A stretch of DNA of 64,000 bases from Balneolales bacterium (GTDB taxonomy: Bacteria; Bacteroidota; Rhodothermia; Balneolales; Natronogracilivirgulaceae). The notes below the pieces were generated by a model. The model was not told where the DNA came from. It made no database searches and saw nothing but the letters and a program-made list of their open reading frames with translations. This document shows positions 19,029 through 29,235 of this stretch, piece by piece. The stretch lies in contig SKNT01000026.1 in assembly GCA_007120385.1 (NCBI GenBank), forward strand, positions 45-64,044, read 5' to 3'. Each line of letters opens with the position of its first letter. The first letter of the stretch is position 1. A program made the translations under genes and the position numbers.

Positions 19029-19268
19029 ATGCTGCATATCATACATGAGCAATTTGGAACCGTAGGTTCCATTCTGATAGCACTTTTTGCGTTTACATTC
19101 ATAATATTGTGGATTGCGGCAATTTCAGGTATTCATGAATATCCCTACTCGGAGAGACGCAAGCTTGTGATTACGGCGCTGTTCATCCTGATCCCTCCCT
19201 ATGCACTGGTCTGGCTGGCCAAGGATATGTACAGGCAGTACAAGATCCTGAAACTGGACAAGGACTGA
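19029..19268 (+). CDS. Small two-TM membrane protein, hypothetical
   Basis: 79 aa with two clear hydrophobic helices. It has a promoter-like motif upstream. Confidence 0.45.
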   Translation: MLHIIHEQFGTVGSILIALFAFTFIILWIAAISGIHEYPYSERRKLVITALFILIPPYALVWLAKDMYRQYKILKLDKD

Positions 19269-19408
19269 CCGCTACAGGCGGTTGCTGCCCTTCCTGCAAG
19301 TGGCACCGGAACGGCGCATGGGCCACCCCTGAATCATATCCGTGATGCATACATGCCTGCGAAATGGTGACTTTGTTATAAAAAGTGCCTTGGATCCCCT
19401 TTTCACTT

Positions 19409-21403
19409 TCACGGATTCAGCTGTTTTGCTGACGGTTCCTCTTCAATCAGCCAGGATTCCAGCACCATTTCCGGGATATCGCTTAGGAATCTGGACGGAT
19501 TGGAGAAATACTCGCCGAAGGAGCTCTCTTTGGTTACAGGATAGGTTACGAATAACCGCTCCCTTGCGCGGGTACAGGCCACATAGAGAAGCCTCAGCTC
19601 CTCGTCCATGGCATCAGGATCGTCCACGCTGTATCCGGATGGAATAATACCGTCCAGGCACTGTATCACGAACACTGTATTCCATTCCAGGCCTTTTGCG
19701 GAGTGTATGGTGCTGAGGACCAGAGGATTTTCATCCTTCACGGAGCGTTCGGTTTCCATAGCGGAAGCATCAAGGGGTTCGAGCGTAAGTTCCTGCAGCA
19801 GCTGATCCAGTGTCTTGTAGGATCCGGCCAGTCCTGCAAATGCATCCAGATCCTTGATGCGCTTGGGGTGATCGTCAAAGTGTTTGGCACAGAGAGGTTT
19901 GTAGTATGCTATTGCCGCGTCGACCGCCGATGCAGGGTTGTCCCGGTTCGCGGAAATTTCGGCAAGCAATATGCTGAGGCGCTCCAGTTGTTTCCGGTAG
20001 GATCGGCTTGCCAGCCCGTATTCCATAAAATTCCGGGATTTGTTCCTGCGGAGCCACGAGATCAGCTCCCCTGCCGTTTTGGGGCCGATACCCTCCAGAA
20101 GCAGGAGTACCCTGTTCCATGCAATTTGATCATCACGATTTACAATTATCTTTATATGTGCAAGAATATCGCGAATATGGGCCGCTTCTGAAAATTTTTG
20201 ACCTCCAAATTTCTGAAATGGGATATTTTTCTTGTTGAGCTCCCATTCCAGATCGTAGGAGTCGCGGCCATTGCGGAAAAGTATGGCAATATCTCCCAGG
20301 GGGACTTCCTGCTCTCGCAGCTGGAGAAGCATTTGCGTAACGAAGCGGGACTGGTACCTTTCGCATGGCGCTTTTACCAGGCCGGGAAGGTCTCCCCCCT
20401 CTTTTCGGGAAAAAAGCTGTTTTTCAAATTTATTACTTGCTTTGTTTATTAAAGTATTTGCAAGATCAAGGATGGGCTGAACGGAACGGTAATTTTCATC
20501 CAGCCGGATCACCCGGCATCCTGAAAACCGGCCCGGAAACGTGAGTATATTGCGGAAATCGGCACCTCTGAAGGCGTATATGCTTTGAGCATCATCACCC
20601 ACGGCCATGATATTGTAATGTTCTGAACTGAAAAGTTCGGCCAGTTCTGCCTGAAGTGTGTTTGTATCCTGGTACTCATCCACCATCACAAACCGGTTGA
20701 CTGCAACTATTTTTTGCCGGATCTGTTCATTTTCCAGAAGCAGTGTTCTGGTTTTAACAAGCAAATCGTCAAAGTCCATTACAGCATTTTCACTTTTATA
20801 ATCAGAGTATCTTTTCTGAACCTCTTCGATGGCATCATGGTGACTGAGAAACTGGGGATATCCGGAAGCGATTATTTCGTAAATCGGGAGTTGCCGGTTG
20901 ACGGCTGCGGAGAAAATGGATAGCAGGGTATGTTTTTGCGGAAAACGCTTGCCGCGCAATTGGGCTGCCAGGGGGCCCCTTGCGAGGTGGATGGCGTCGG
21001 CGGCATCGGACTGGTCAAGCAGTGTAAAAGTGTTGGGATATCCGATATGCCTGGCATGGGTATGCAGCAGCTGGTTGCAGTACTGGTGGAATGTTCCGCC
21101 TCTCACACGAGCACAGCGTTCATCCAGCACTCCGGAGGCTTTATCGAGCATTTCTTTGGCGGCTCGCCTTGTAAACGTAAGCAGGAGTATCTGGTCCGGT
21201 GGAACCCCGTCCTCCACAAGCCGTGCAACTCGGTATACCAGGGTGCGGGTTTTCCCCGTGCCGGCTCCTGCAATCACCAGTGCAGGTCCGCGCTCGTGCA
21301 TAACAGCATCGTACTGCTGCTCGTTAAGCAGTTCTGCATAGGCAATGCGATACGAGGCATCGTGCCGCGGGCCTGAGTCCTGTTGAAGTATGAATCGTTT
21401 CAT
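19409..21403 (-). CDS. UvrD/Rep/PcrA-family ATP-dependent DNA helicase
   Basis: Walker A AGAGTGKTRTLVYRV, motif II VDEYQDTN, and C-terminal VACTRARERL. Confidence 0.9.
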   Translation of the reverse strand: MKRFILQQDSGPRHDASYRIAYAELLNEQQYDAVMHERGPALVIAGAGTGKTRTLVYRVARLVEDGVPPDQILLLTFTRRAAKEMLDKASGVLDERCARVRGGTFHQYCNQLLHTHARHIGYPNTFTLLDQSDAADAIHLARGPLAAQLRGKRFPQKHTLLSIFSAAVNRQLPIYEIIASGYPQFLSHHDAIEEVQKRYSDYKSENAVMDFDDLLVKTRTLLLENEQIRQKIVAVNRFVMVDEYQDTNTLQAELAELFSSEHYNIMAVGDDAQSIYAFRGADFRNILTFPGRFSGCRVIRLDENYRSVQPILDLANTLINKASNKFEKQLFSRKEGGDLPGLVKAPCERYQSRFVTQMLLQLREQEVPLGDIAILFRNGRDSYDLEWELNKKNIPFQKFGGQKFSEAAHIRDILAHIKIIVNRDDQIAWNRVLLLLEGIGPKTAGELISWLRRNKSRNFMEYGLASRSYRKQLERLSILLAEISANRDNPASAVDAAIAYYKPLCAKHFDDHPKRIKDLDAFAGLAGSYKTLDQLLQELTLEPLDASAMETERSVKDENPLVLSTIHSAKGLEWNTVFVIQCLDGIIPSGYSVDDPDAMDEELRLLYVACTRARERLFVTYPVTKESSFGEYFSNPSRFLSDIPEMVLESWLIEEEPSAKQLNP

Positions 21404-21496
21404 CTGTTTAAATCAATTTAGATTCATATGGTCAGAATGAATTCACATGACAGGATTTAATCATCCTCCTGTGTGTCAGCCGGAGGCTGTCATGTG
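21401..21496 (-). repeat. Copy 3 of the ~100-nt element. Its terminal ATG is the helicase start codon.
   Basis: The reverse complement reads cacatgacag-cctccgg-ctgacacac-aggagg-atgattaaa-tc-ctgtcatg-tga-attc-attc-tgac-c-atatgaatc-taaattga-tttaaaca-g-ATG. The block order is the same as in 39432-39531. A 10-bp inverted repeat (21444-21453 with 21487-21496) has a 33-nt spacer. Confidence 0.7.
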
Positions 21497-21655
21497 CGTT
21501 TCATGGCAGGAGTAATATATGTAAAAGATATGTCACTGGTAAGCTGTTTAAGTGAATTGCAAGAAAACTGTGATTCGCTGCCCTCTTGCACGCCGATGCA
21601 TGAGAATCGCAGAAAGATTCTTATTTTAGGTTATTCGCAAACCATTTTCAGAAGC

Positions 21656-23548
21656 ATGAATATTCGTCCACTCCTACCTGTTACTCTTCTGCTTTTTTGT
21701 ACCTGTCTTGCCGGTTGTAGAACGTCGGACACGGACCGTGAAGCAAACAGGCTTTTTGTTGAAGCCTATCAGCTCACCCAAAACGGGCTTCAATCCGAAG
21801 CGACGGATCCGGCTGCTGCGCATTCGTACTATCGCCAGGCTGTTGAGAAAATTGACTATATCATTGCCAATTATCCCGGTACAACAGTTGCCGTTGACGT
21901 TACGCAAAGGCGTACCCGGATTGGTGATACAACCATTGGCGAGTTGAGGGATAAGGTTCCGCGTCTGGCTTCCAGGGCCAGGTCGCTGGAGAGTTTTCAC
22001 AATTTGGCGCTGTACCTTGCGGAACTGGTGGGTGAAGAGGAGCGCGCGCTGAAGAAACTGGCCCATGCGCGTCGGCTCTATGACAGCGGACAGCGTGACC
22101 GGCACGATGAGGTTGCCGGACAGGTCGTCAGCCTGGCGGAGCGTCACTGGAACCGGGAACTGACAGACCGGTTCTACTACGAGCTTTCGGTTCATTTCGC
22201 GGAATTGTCACGCTGGGATCAGAGTCTGCGGTTCACGGATCTGATACAGGATCAGGTCCTGCTGTTCGAGGCTCTGTTTCATATACTGGAGCGAGGCTTT
22301 ATCCGCGATGTACCCGGCCGGCCATATGCCCGGATCACTGCCTACCTGGACTATATGGATCCGGTGAGCCGCATCAAACTTATCGACCAGCTTAGCGACG
22401 GCATGTTTGCAGCCGGATACCGGCCGCAGGCGGTAGCCTTGTTGCAGGAGAAACTGCCGGAGCCGGCTGATGCAGGAAACCTTGACCATATCAATGCGCT
22501 CTCACAACTGTCAGCAACGCTGGCAATGCATGGAGAATTTGACTTAAGCCGTATGATTATCGGGCATATTGAAAAAATGGATTCCAATTATGCCGATTTT
22601 GTATATAGAGACCTGGCCATAGCCATTGCCCGGCATGGCGACCACCACAAGGCCGTCGAGACCGCCGAGCGTTTTGAACGTGCCTATTTTCAGCAGACAG
22701 CCCTCGCTTCCATTGCGGTTGAGCTTGCTAAAATGGATAGTATCTCGGCGGCGCTCGCCCTGCTTGAGCGTGTCCCGGACAGTGTAGAGGAAAAAACCGA
22801 AACCATGCTCGAACTGGCGCTGATACCCGGGGTCAGTGAAGATGTTGTCGACTCATTGCTCCAGGCAGCGCTGCCGCGGATACCGGCCATTGGCTCTCCC
22901 CTTGTCAGAGCCGGCGCCCATATTCTTGTCGCAGACATCCACTTGCGTCATGATCGGCGGTCCCTGGCTGCAGAAGCCATGGAGCAGGCTGAGGAGCAGA
23001 CCGGACAGGTATCCGATCCGGGTAACATCAACCGGCTGATAACAACGATCATCAAAAAATGGCTCTCACTTGGACGTCCGGACCGGGCCCTTGATGCAGC
23101 ATCATGGTACCAGATGGATCATTCCTCATTCGAGGAGCACATTCCTGACCTGTTTACCCATGCCATAACAAGGGGGTTTCACGATTTTGCCCGCACACTG
23201 GCCGGCATGACGGACCGCAGGGCGTACTTCCTTTTTACACTGGTATCAAGCTATCTGGATCAGCGAATGATTTCACAGCCATCGGAGCTTGCTTACGAGA
23301 TCCGCGACTTTTACTGGCGTTCGTTTGCACTGGCGCATTTGTCCATAGATTTGAAAAACAAAGTGAATTTGGCTACGGCTGAGCGGGCGGCTACGGATGC
23401 CCTGCTGGTCATGCAGCGCATACGCGACCGGGATGAAAAGCAGAAGGCACTTTTCCATACGGCTTCTCTATTTGCTTCAGCAGAAATCAGCATGAACCCG
23501 GAGCGACGTTCCCTGGTAACGGATCTACTCAGCCATATTGACAATTAA
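21656..23548 (+). CDS. Large all-helical (TPR/HEAT-like) lipoprotein, unknown function
   Basis: I prefer the ATG at 21656 (MNIRPLLPVTLLLFCTCLAGC, lipobox) over the GTG at 21473. About 630 aa of helical-repeat-like sequence. Confidence 0.6.
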   Translation: MNIRPLLPVTLLLFCTCLAGCRTSDTDREANRLFVEAYQLTQNGLQSEATDPAAAHSYYRQAVEKIDYIIANYPGTTVAVDVTQRRTRIGDTTIGELRDKVPRLASRARSLESFHNLALYLAELVGEEERALKKLAHARRLYDSGQRDRHDEVAGQVVSLAERHWNRELTDRFYYELSVHFAELSRWDQSLRFTDLIQDQVLLFEALFHILERGFIRDVPGRPYARITAYLDYMDPVSRIKLIDQLSDGMFAAGYRPQAVALLQEKLPEPADAGNLDHINALSQLSATLAMHGEFDLSRMIIGHIEKMDSNYADFVYRDLAIAIARHGDHHKAVETAERFERAYFQQTALASIAVELAKMDSISAALALLERVPDSVEEKTETMLELALIPGVSEDVVDSLLQAALPRIPAIGSPLVRAGAHILVADIHLRHDRRSLAAEAMEQAEEQTGQVSDPGNINRLITTIIKKWLSLGRPDRALDAASWYQMDHSSFEEHIPDLFTHAITRGFHDFARTLAGMTDRRAYFLFTLVSSYLDQRMISQPSELAYEIRDFYWRSFALAHLSIDLKNKVNLATAERAATDALLVMQRIRDRDEKQKALFHTASLFASAEISMNPERRSLVTDLLSHIDN

Positions 23549-23582
23549 ATTTACATTCTGCCTGTATCTCAACCATAATAGA

Positions 23583-24638
23583 ATGAAGTATACCAGTTTC
23601 CATGCCATTATTTTCTTTACTGCCGCGCTGATCCTGGCGGGTTCCTGTACTCAGAAACTGGTTTACCTTGACCAGGAACCGGGCACCGGGGAATATCTGA
23701 CCGGGTATCCGATTGGCAATGCCGCCCCCCATCTGGAGCGCATCCAGCGATCTGTCAAGAGAATCACGAGTACATCCCACTACGAAACATACATTTTTGA
23801 ACCTGGCGGCAAAATACTGCCTGAGCACATCGCGGAATCACCGAACATAGAATCCCTTGCCACTGCGGTGGTCCAAAGCCACAGCACCTCATCAGGCACA
23901 GCTATAATCATCCACAATCAGGACCACCAAATCGGCATGCTGACCGCGCGGCATGTCATTTCCTCCCCTGACACCCTGTACGAATTCGTGGAGAAAGGGC
24001 AGCCCTACCTCAGCAGCGTCACCATCAAAACGAATCATGTAAACTGGCTCTTTGACGCTCCTTATGTCGGCACATTCGAGGTTCTTGCAGAAGACGAATT
24101 TGCCGATCTGGCTATTATCGGAGCCCGGGTGGATCCTTCCATGCTTGACGTCCCGGTCAGAGAGCAGTTTCCCGTTTTCCCGTATCCTTTCGGACGTCCG
24201 GATCGTTTGCGGATTGGAACCTTTACTTACAGTTTTGGCTATCCGAGGGGTTATCCCATGGTTACTACGGCCATAGTCAGCTTTGCGCGCCGTGACCGGC
24301 ACCATTCATTTGTCACTGACGGCCTGTTTAACCCCGGTTTCAGCGGTGGAGCTGTAGTTGCCATCAACGGTGGTCTACCTGCCTTCGAATGGGTGGGAAT
24401 GGCACGTTCCACATCGGCATCACGGGAGTGGTTTCTGGTGCCTGATGAAGACGAGGCCATGGAGCATCCATCCCATCTGCCTTACGGTGATGGGATGTTT
24501 GTCGAGCAGAAAGCCCTGATTCACTATGGAATCACGCATGTGATTTCAAGCACGCAGATCCGAAAAATGCTTGAGGATCATGCCGTGTACCTGCTCACAA
24601 GGGGATACAACGTACTTCCGCTCATCCAGGACCGGTGA
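23583..24638 (+). CDS. Trypsin-like (S1 family) serine protease lipoprotein
   Basis: I prefer the ATG at 23583 (MKYTSFHAIIFFTAALILAGSC). Candidate catalytic triad: TARHVI (His), FADLAII (Asp), NPGFSGGAV (Ser). Confidence 0.7.
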   Translation: MKYTSFHAIIFFTAALILAGSCTQKLVYLDQEPGTGEYLTGYPIGNAAPHLERIQRSVKRITSTSHYETYIFEPGGKILPEHIAESPNIESLATAVVQSHSTSSGTAIIIHNQDHQIGMLTARHVISSPDTLYEFVEKGQPYLSSVTIKTNHVNWLFDAPYVGTFEVLAEDEFADLAIIGARVDPSMLDVPVREQFPVFPYPFGRPDRLRIGTFTYSFGYPRGYPMVTTAIVSFARRDRHHSFVTDGLFNPGFSGGAVVAINGGLPAFEWVGMARSTSASREWFLVPDEDEAMEHPSHLPYGDGMFVEQKALIHYGITHVISSTQIRKMLEDHAVYLLTRGYNVLPLIQDR

Positions 24639-24746
24639 GGACCATGGCTTCGGGATCACCGGTTGTGTCGTTATCCGGGGGCGTTTGTGTACGGCCGGAT
24701 GGAAAAAGATGGCATGATGGCTGCCGGGCTGACCTGCCGTCGGCGG

Positions 24747-26657
24747 TCAGCGAAACATGGCACGGAGGTCATCCACACTGAGAGACCGTATGGTGCGCTT
24801 GCCGAGCGGGTCGCGGAAGGGGTCCTGGCACGCAAACAGTTTATCCACAAGCGCCTCCATCTCTTCGCCTGTCAGTTTTTTCCCCCTCGGAATGGCGGCC
24901 TTGTTTGCAATAGCCAGGGCAACACGCTGCTTTTCATCCAGTGAAAGTGAGCGCGACATCATTTTGTACTGTTCCATTATGGATTCAAGGACATGCTGTT
25001 CATTGTCGAGGCGTATGTCGGACGGAACCCCCAGGATCATGGCCGAATTCCCGCTCAGCAACTGCACGTTGAATCCCATGCGGGTGATAACCGGGTGCAG
25101 CTCCTTGAGCAGGCTGAAATCGCTTGCGGAAAAGTTGATTGAAATGGGAAAGAGCAGCTGCTGGGTGCTGGGCAGTCCGCTTTCGGCTTCATTCAATACT
25201 TTCTCATAGATAATCCGCTTGTGCGCGGCGTGCTGGTCCATGATCAGCATGCCATTTCTGGTCTGTGAGATGATGTACTGATTGTGAATCTGGCTGAAGC
25301 GTGTCTCCGACAGGTGGGTCCTCCCTTTTCTGACTGGCCACGGCTCCCCTTCGGATCCCTGCACCCGCCTTGCGGAATCCCCTTCCGGGGAAAGTTCGTG
25401 CGACCCGCCTCCCCCGCTGACGGCCGTATTAAGGCGGTTATCCGTATCGGTGGAACCGGGCCCCTCACCATAAAGCCTCAAGGACGAGTCTGATGGAACC
25501 CTTTTTCTTGTATTCCGGAAATTGTCCTGAGAATATGCATGTTGCTTGCCAGAGTCTGAATCACCTTCAAAAAGTTTCCGGAGGCGGTCCTGTTTAGAAA
25601 CATCAGACAGGGGCATGTCGCTGTCGGCCGGATTCCACACCGGCACGCGCATGTGTTCATTGAGTGCTTTTTTCACGACCGACCGGGTGAAAGTCGATAT
25701 CATCCGCTCGTCTTCGAATTTGATCTCCTGTTTGGTTGGATGGACATTCACATCTACGCCCTCCGGATCAACTTCATAATATAAAGCAAAAAAGGGATAC
25801 TCATTCTGTCCGAGCCAGTCACGGTAAATTTCCTGGATGACGTAGTTGAGGTGCCGGTGATAAAAGGGACGCCTGTTGATAAAGAGGAACTGTTCCCCGC
25901 GGGTTTTTTTTGCGAGTTTGGGGTCGGAGAGCAGGCCCCGTATGCGTACCATGCTGGTGGATTCAGCAAGCGGGATGAGACTGGCCTTGTAGGATTTTCC
26001 AAACAGTTCGGCTACCCGTGACTCCATGTCCGAGGATGCCAACCGATATACGATCTCACCGTCGGCATCCAGGTCAAAGGCTATTTCGGGCCATGCCAGG
26101 GCTGCCTGGTGAAAAGTCAGCAGGATATGACGGAATTCGGTGGCGTCTGTCTTCAGGAAAGCGCGGCGTGCGGGCACGTTGAAAAAAAGGTTGCGAACGG
26201 TGACGCTGGTCCCGTTGTCCGAAGCAGCGGGCCGGAGTCCGGCTTCCTCACCACCCCGAATCTCGTATTCCAGTCCGCTTTCATCTTCAAAACGCTTGGT
26301 TGTAACGGTCACATGAGAAACGGACGCAATAGATGCCATGGCCTCTCCGCGGAACCCGAGGGTTCGGATATCCAGCAGATCTTCAACCGTGCTCAGCTTG
26401 GAAGTGGCATGACGCAGGAAACAAAGAGGAAGGTCCTGCGGTGACATGCCGCAGCCGTTATCCCGCACCTGGATAAGAGTTCGGCCGGCATTTTGCAGAA
26501 CCACGGTGATATGATCGGCTCCGGCATCAATGGCATTGTCCAGAAGCTCCTTGACAACGGATGCCGGGCGCTGCACGACTTCACCTGCAGCGATTTTGTT
26601 GGATACTTCCGGTGAAAGTACTTTTATAAGAGAGGTTGGATCGCCTGATGTTGCCAA
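24747..26657 (-). CDS. mutL: DNA mismatch repair protein MutL
   Basis: N-terminal GHKL ATPase motif IAAGEVVQRPASVVKELLDNAIDAG. 636 aa. The start codon appears to be TTG. Confidence 0.95.
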   Translation of the reverse strand: MATSGDPTSLIKVLSPEVSNKIAAGEVVQRPASVVKELLDNAIDAGADHITVVLQNAGRTLIQVRDNGCGMSPQDLPLCFLRHATSKLSTVEDLLDIRTLGFRGEAMASIASVSHVTVTTKRFEDESGLEYEIRGGEEAGLRPAASDNGTSVTVRNLFFNVPARRAFLKTDATEFRHILLTFHQAALAWPEIAFDLDADGEIVYRLASSDMESRVAELFGKSYKASLIPLAESTSMVRIRGLLSDPKLAKKTRGEQFLFINRRPFYHRHLNYVIQEIYRDWLGQNEYPFFALYYEVDPEGVDVNVHPTKQEIKFEDERMISTFTRSVVKKALNEHMRVPVWNPADSDMPLSDVSKQDRLRKLFEGDSDSGKQHAYSQDNFRNTRKRVPSDSSLRLYGEGPGSTDTDNRLNTAVSGGGGSHELSPEGDSARRVQGSEGEPWPVRKGRTHLSETRFSQIHNQYIISQTRNGMLIMDQHAAHKRIIYEKVLNEAESGLPSTQQLLFPISINFSASDFSLLKELHPVITRMGFNVQLLSGNSAMILGVPSDIRLDNEQHVLESIMEQYKMMSRSLSLDEKQRVALAIANKAAIPRGKKLTGEEMEALVDKLFACQDPFRDPLGKRTIRSLSVDDLRAMFR

Positions 26658-26701
26658 AACGGGTAATTGCTTCTAACGGTTACGTGAACGGATTTCTGGA
26701 A

Positions 26702-26887
26702 TCAGGTGATGATCCACAAGACCAAAAACAGCAGGAGTGCATAAAGCAGGATGGAGCCTCCGGTGCCGCGGCGGGTAATCCTCCGGAACTTGATGCGATC
26801 GGGTCTCAGAGGATTCGGCTTGTAGTACCGGTACTGGTAATTGAAGCGTTTGTGCTGGGGCCTTCTGCCCATCAAAGGTGAAAGCAT
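26702..26887 (-). CDS. Possible small membrane-anchored basic protein upstream of mutL
   Basis: 61 aa with a basic N-terminal half and a single C-terminal TM helix (GGSILLYALLLFLVLWII). It lies 44 nt upstream of mutL on the same strand. No homology evidence is available. Confidence 0.35.
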   Translation of the reverse strand: MLSPLMGRRPQHKRFNYQYRYYKPNPLRPDRIKFRRITRRGTGGSILLYALLLFLVLWIIT

Positions 26888-27133
26888 GGTCAGTCAGAAC
26901 GTTCTTAGGGTTGTGAAACAGCGTAGCATCTTCGTTATGCTGCCGGTGAAATTTGAAGTCCTTGTGCATGCATCGTTATAGACTCCAGTTGGAAAACGGC
27001 ATAGCCAACCGGGTTATTCTTTCAGACCGATAACTGGTGTTGTATCCAATTGCGGGAAAGCAACGTCATGCGGTTCATCAGTAATATAGCAATTATCGAC
27101 GGGAACGGGAATCATAGGGTCGGCCTATTTTGT

Positions 27134-27141
27134 TATCTTTG
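27134..27141 (+). promoter_or_regulatory. Candidate FCB-type -7 promoter element (TATCTTTG) upstream of icd
   Basis: Exact TAnnTTTG match 98 nt upstream of the icd ATG. A second near-match (TATCTTTA) lies at 27181-27188. Confidence 0.35.
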
Positions 27142-27238
27142 CAATGCATATTCGCGAACGACTCTAAATCATTTGTTTCTTATCTTTAGATGCCGGACAA
27201 CAAAAACCTGAACCAGATTCTTCCATAGAAATCAGATT

Positions 27239-28489
27239 ATGAAATTTGAGAAAATTGTAATACCAGCTGACGGAAAACAAATTACATTACGAGAAGACGG
27301 CACACTTTCGGTGCCGGATAATCCCGTTATCCCCTACATTGAAGGAGATGGAATCGGGGTTGATATTACACCGGTTATGAAAAAAGTGGTGGATCAGGCC
27401 GTTGCCAAAGCTTACGGAGGGAAGAAAAAGATTTCATGGATGGAAGTCTATGCCGGAGAAAAATCGGTGGATCATTACGGCAACGACACCTGGCTGCCGG
27501 ATGATACGCTGAATGCGATCAAGGAATATCGTGTTGCAATAAAGGGTCCGCTCACCACTCCGGTCGGTGGCGGCATTCGCAGTCTGAATGTGGCGCTGCG
27601 CCAGCTCCTTGACCTCTACGCTTGTGTTCGGCCCGTTCGTTACTATAAAGGAACGCCGAGTCCGGTCAGGCAGCCCGAACTCACCGATATGGTCATTTTC
27701 CGCGAGAATACCGAGGACATATATGCCGGCATCGAGTATCAGAACGGCACGCCGGAAGCCGACAAGATCAAGAAATTTCTCATCGAAGAGATGAATGCCA
27801 CCAATATCCGGTTCCCTGACAGCTCATCCATTGGAATCAAACCGGTTTCGGAAGAAGGAAGCAAGCGGCTTATCCGTTCTGCCATTGACTATGCGATTGA
27901 GCAGGGACGCAAAAGTGTGACCCTGGTACACAAGGGCAATATCATGAAGTTCACCGAGGGCAGCTTCAAGAATTGGGGGTACGAACTCGCCAAAGAAGAA
28001 TACGATGCCAAAGAGATTGACGGGGGGCCGTGGTGCGAGTTGCCGGGTGGAATTGTGATCAAGGATGTGATAGCGGACGCTTTCCTGCAGCAGATCCTTA
28101 CGCGGCCCGCGGAATACGATGTCATAGCCACACTCAACCTCAATGGCGACTATATTTCCGACGCACTGGCGGCATGCGTAGGCGGTATTGGCATTGCGCC
28201 CGGAGCCAACATAAACTACCAGAGTGGTTTTGCGCTGTTTGAGGCCACCCACGGAACGGCGCCAAAATACGCCGGTAAAGATATGGTTAATCCGGGATCC
28301 CTAGTTCTCTCTGCTGTGATGATGCTGGATCATCTGGGATGGTCCGAGGCGGCCCGGCTCATTGAACGGGGCATGGAGACGGCTATCAGCAGCAAAGAGG
28401 TTACCTATGATTTCGAGCGGCAGATGGAAGGCGCCACCCTGCTGAAAACCTCCGAGTTTGGCGACAGGATCATCTCGTACATGAAGTAA
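27239..28489 (+). CDS. icd: NADP-dependent isocitrate dehydrogenase (homodimeric type)
   Basis: 416 aa with [21 protein letters not shown] and [13 protein letters not shown] motifs. Confidence 0.95.
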   Translation: MKFEKIVIPADGKQITLREDGTLSVPDNPVIPYIEGDGIGVDITPVMKKVVDQAVAKAYGGKKKISWMEVYAGEKSVDHYGNDTWLPDDTLNAIKEYRVAIKGPLTTPVGGGIRSLNVALRQLLDLYACVRPVRYYKGTPSPVRQPELTDMVIFRENTEDIYAGIEYQNGTPEADKIKKFLIEEMNATNIRFPDSSSIGIKPVSEEGSKRLIRSAIDYAIEQGRKSVTLVHKGNIMKFTEGSFKNWGYELAKEEYDAKEIDGGPWCELPGGIVIKDVIADAFLQQILTRPAEYDVIATLNLNGDYISDALAACVGGIGIAPGANINYQSGFALFEATHGTAPKYAGKDMVNPGSLVLSAVMMLDHLGWSEAARLIERGMETAISSKEVTYDFERQMEGATLLKTSEFGDRIISYMK

Positions 28490-28508
28490 TTATGATCTCA
28501 ACTGCTGT

Positions 28509-28550
28509 GCAGTCACTGCGCTATCAACTGTTGCGCAGTGACTGCGTTTT
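28509..28550 (+). terminator. Rho-independent terminator of icd
   Basis: Perfect 13-bp stem (gcagtcactgcgc / gcgcagtgactgc) with an 11-nt loop, followed by gtttt, about 20 nt after the stop codon. Confidence 0.65.
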
Positions 28551-28578
28551 AAATGTTGCGTAATGATTTTACCTTCAA

Positions 28579-29130
28579 CTACTGCAGGTGTGCCCGCACC
28601 AATGCGTCCAGGGCCGACCGGTCGTAGGCGTGACGTATGTAGCAGCGAACCTGACCGTTTTCATGGTGCCAGAACACCTGCCGGGAATCGGGACGAATCT
28701 CTTCCAGATCCTCATCGCCCAGAGTCATTAGCCGGATCAACATCTCGCGTTGCTCCCCGGATGCCGTGGTCGAACCCGGATCATCCAGTACACCCTGCCC
28801 CTGTTCTTCCAGCAGGAGGATTATAATTCCGGTAATGCCATTGTTCGTGTATTCCAGAAGCGCCAGTTCGGCGATGGCCAGGGCATCGGATGAATCTGCG
28901 GCGACGGCAGCGGCTGATACAAAAAGTGAATCCAATGTGAGTTCCACTGGTCCGGCCGGGTTGTGCCATGGGGGAATTTCCGCGACCTCCACTTCCGGCT
29001 CTTCAGGTGCTGAGGGCTGTTCTTCCGGCTGTTCCTCCTTATCGACAGCGGTGTCGCGCAGCTGTGCACATGAACTGGCAAGGAGTGCGCCAGCGGTAAA
29101 AAAAATTAGTATGAGCAGGTATCTGGACAT
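28579..29130 (-). CDS. Lipoprotein with an acidic low-complexity linker, unknown function
   Basis: MSRYLLILIFFTAGALLASSC lipobox, followed by EEQPEEQPSAPEEPEVEVAE. Confidence 0.55.
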   Translation of the reverse strand: MSRYLLILIFFTAGALLASSCAQLRDTAVDKEEQPEEQPSAPEEPEVEVAEIPPWHNPAGPVELTLDSLFVSAAAVAADSSDALAIAELALLEYTNNGITGIIILLLEEQGQGVLDDPGSTTASGEQREMLIRLMTLGDEDLEEIRPDSRQVFWHHENGQVRCYIRHAYDRSALDALVRAHLQ

Positions 29131-29235
29131 GGAAAGAGATTTCCCTTCAGTTGTTAACGACGGGCATGATCAGGCCCGGACCGGGGAGCGATCACATTGA
29201 ATGTTATACATTTGCTGTACCAGGCATGACTAATC

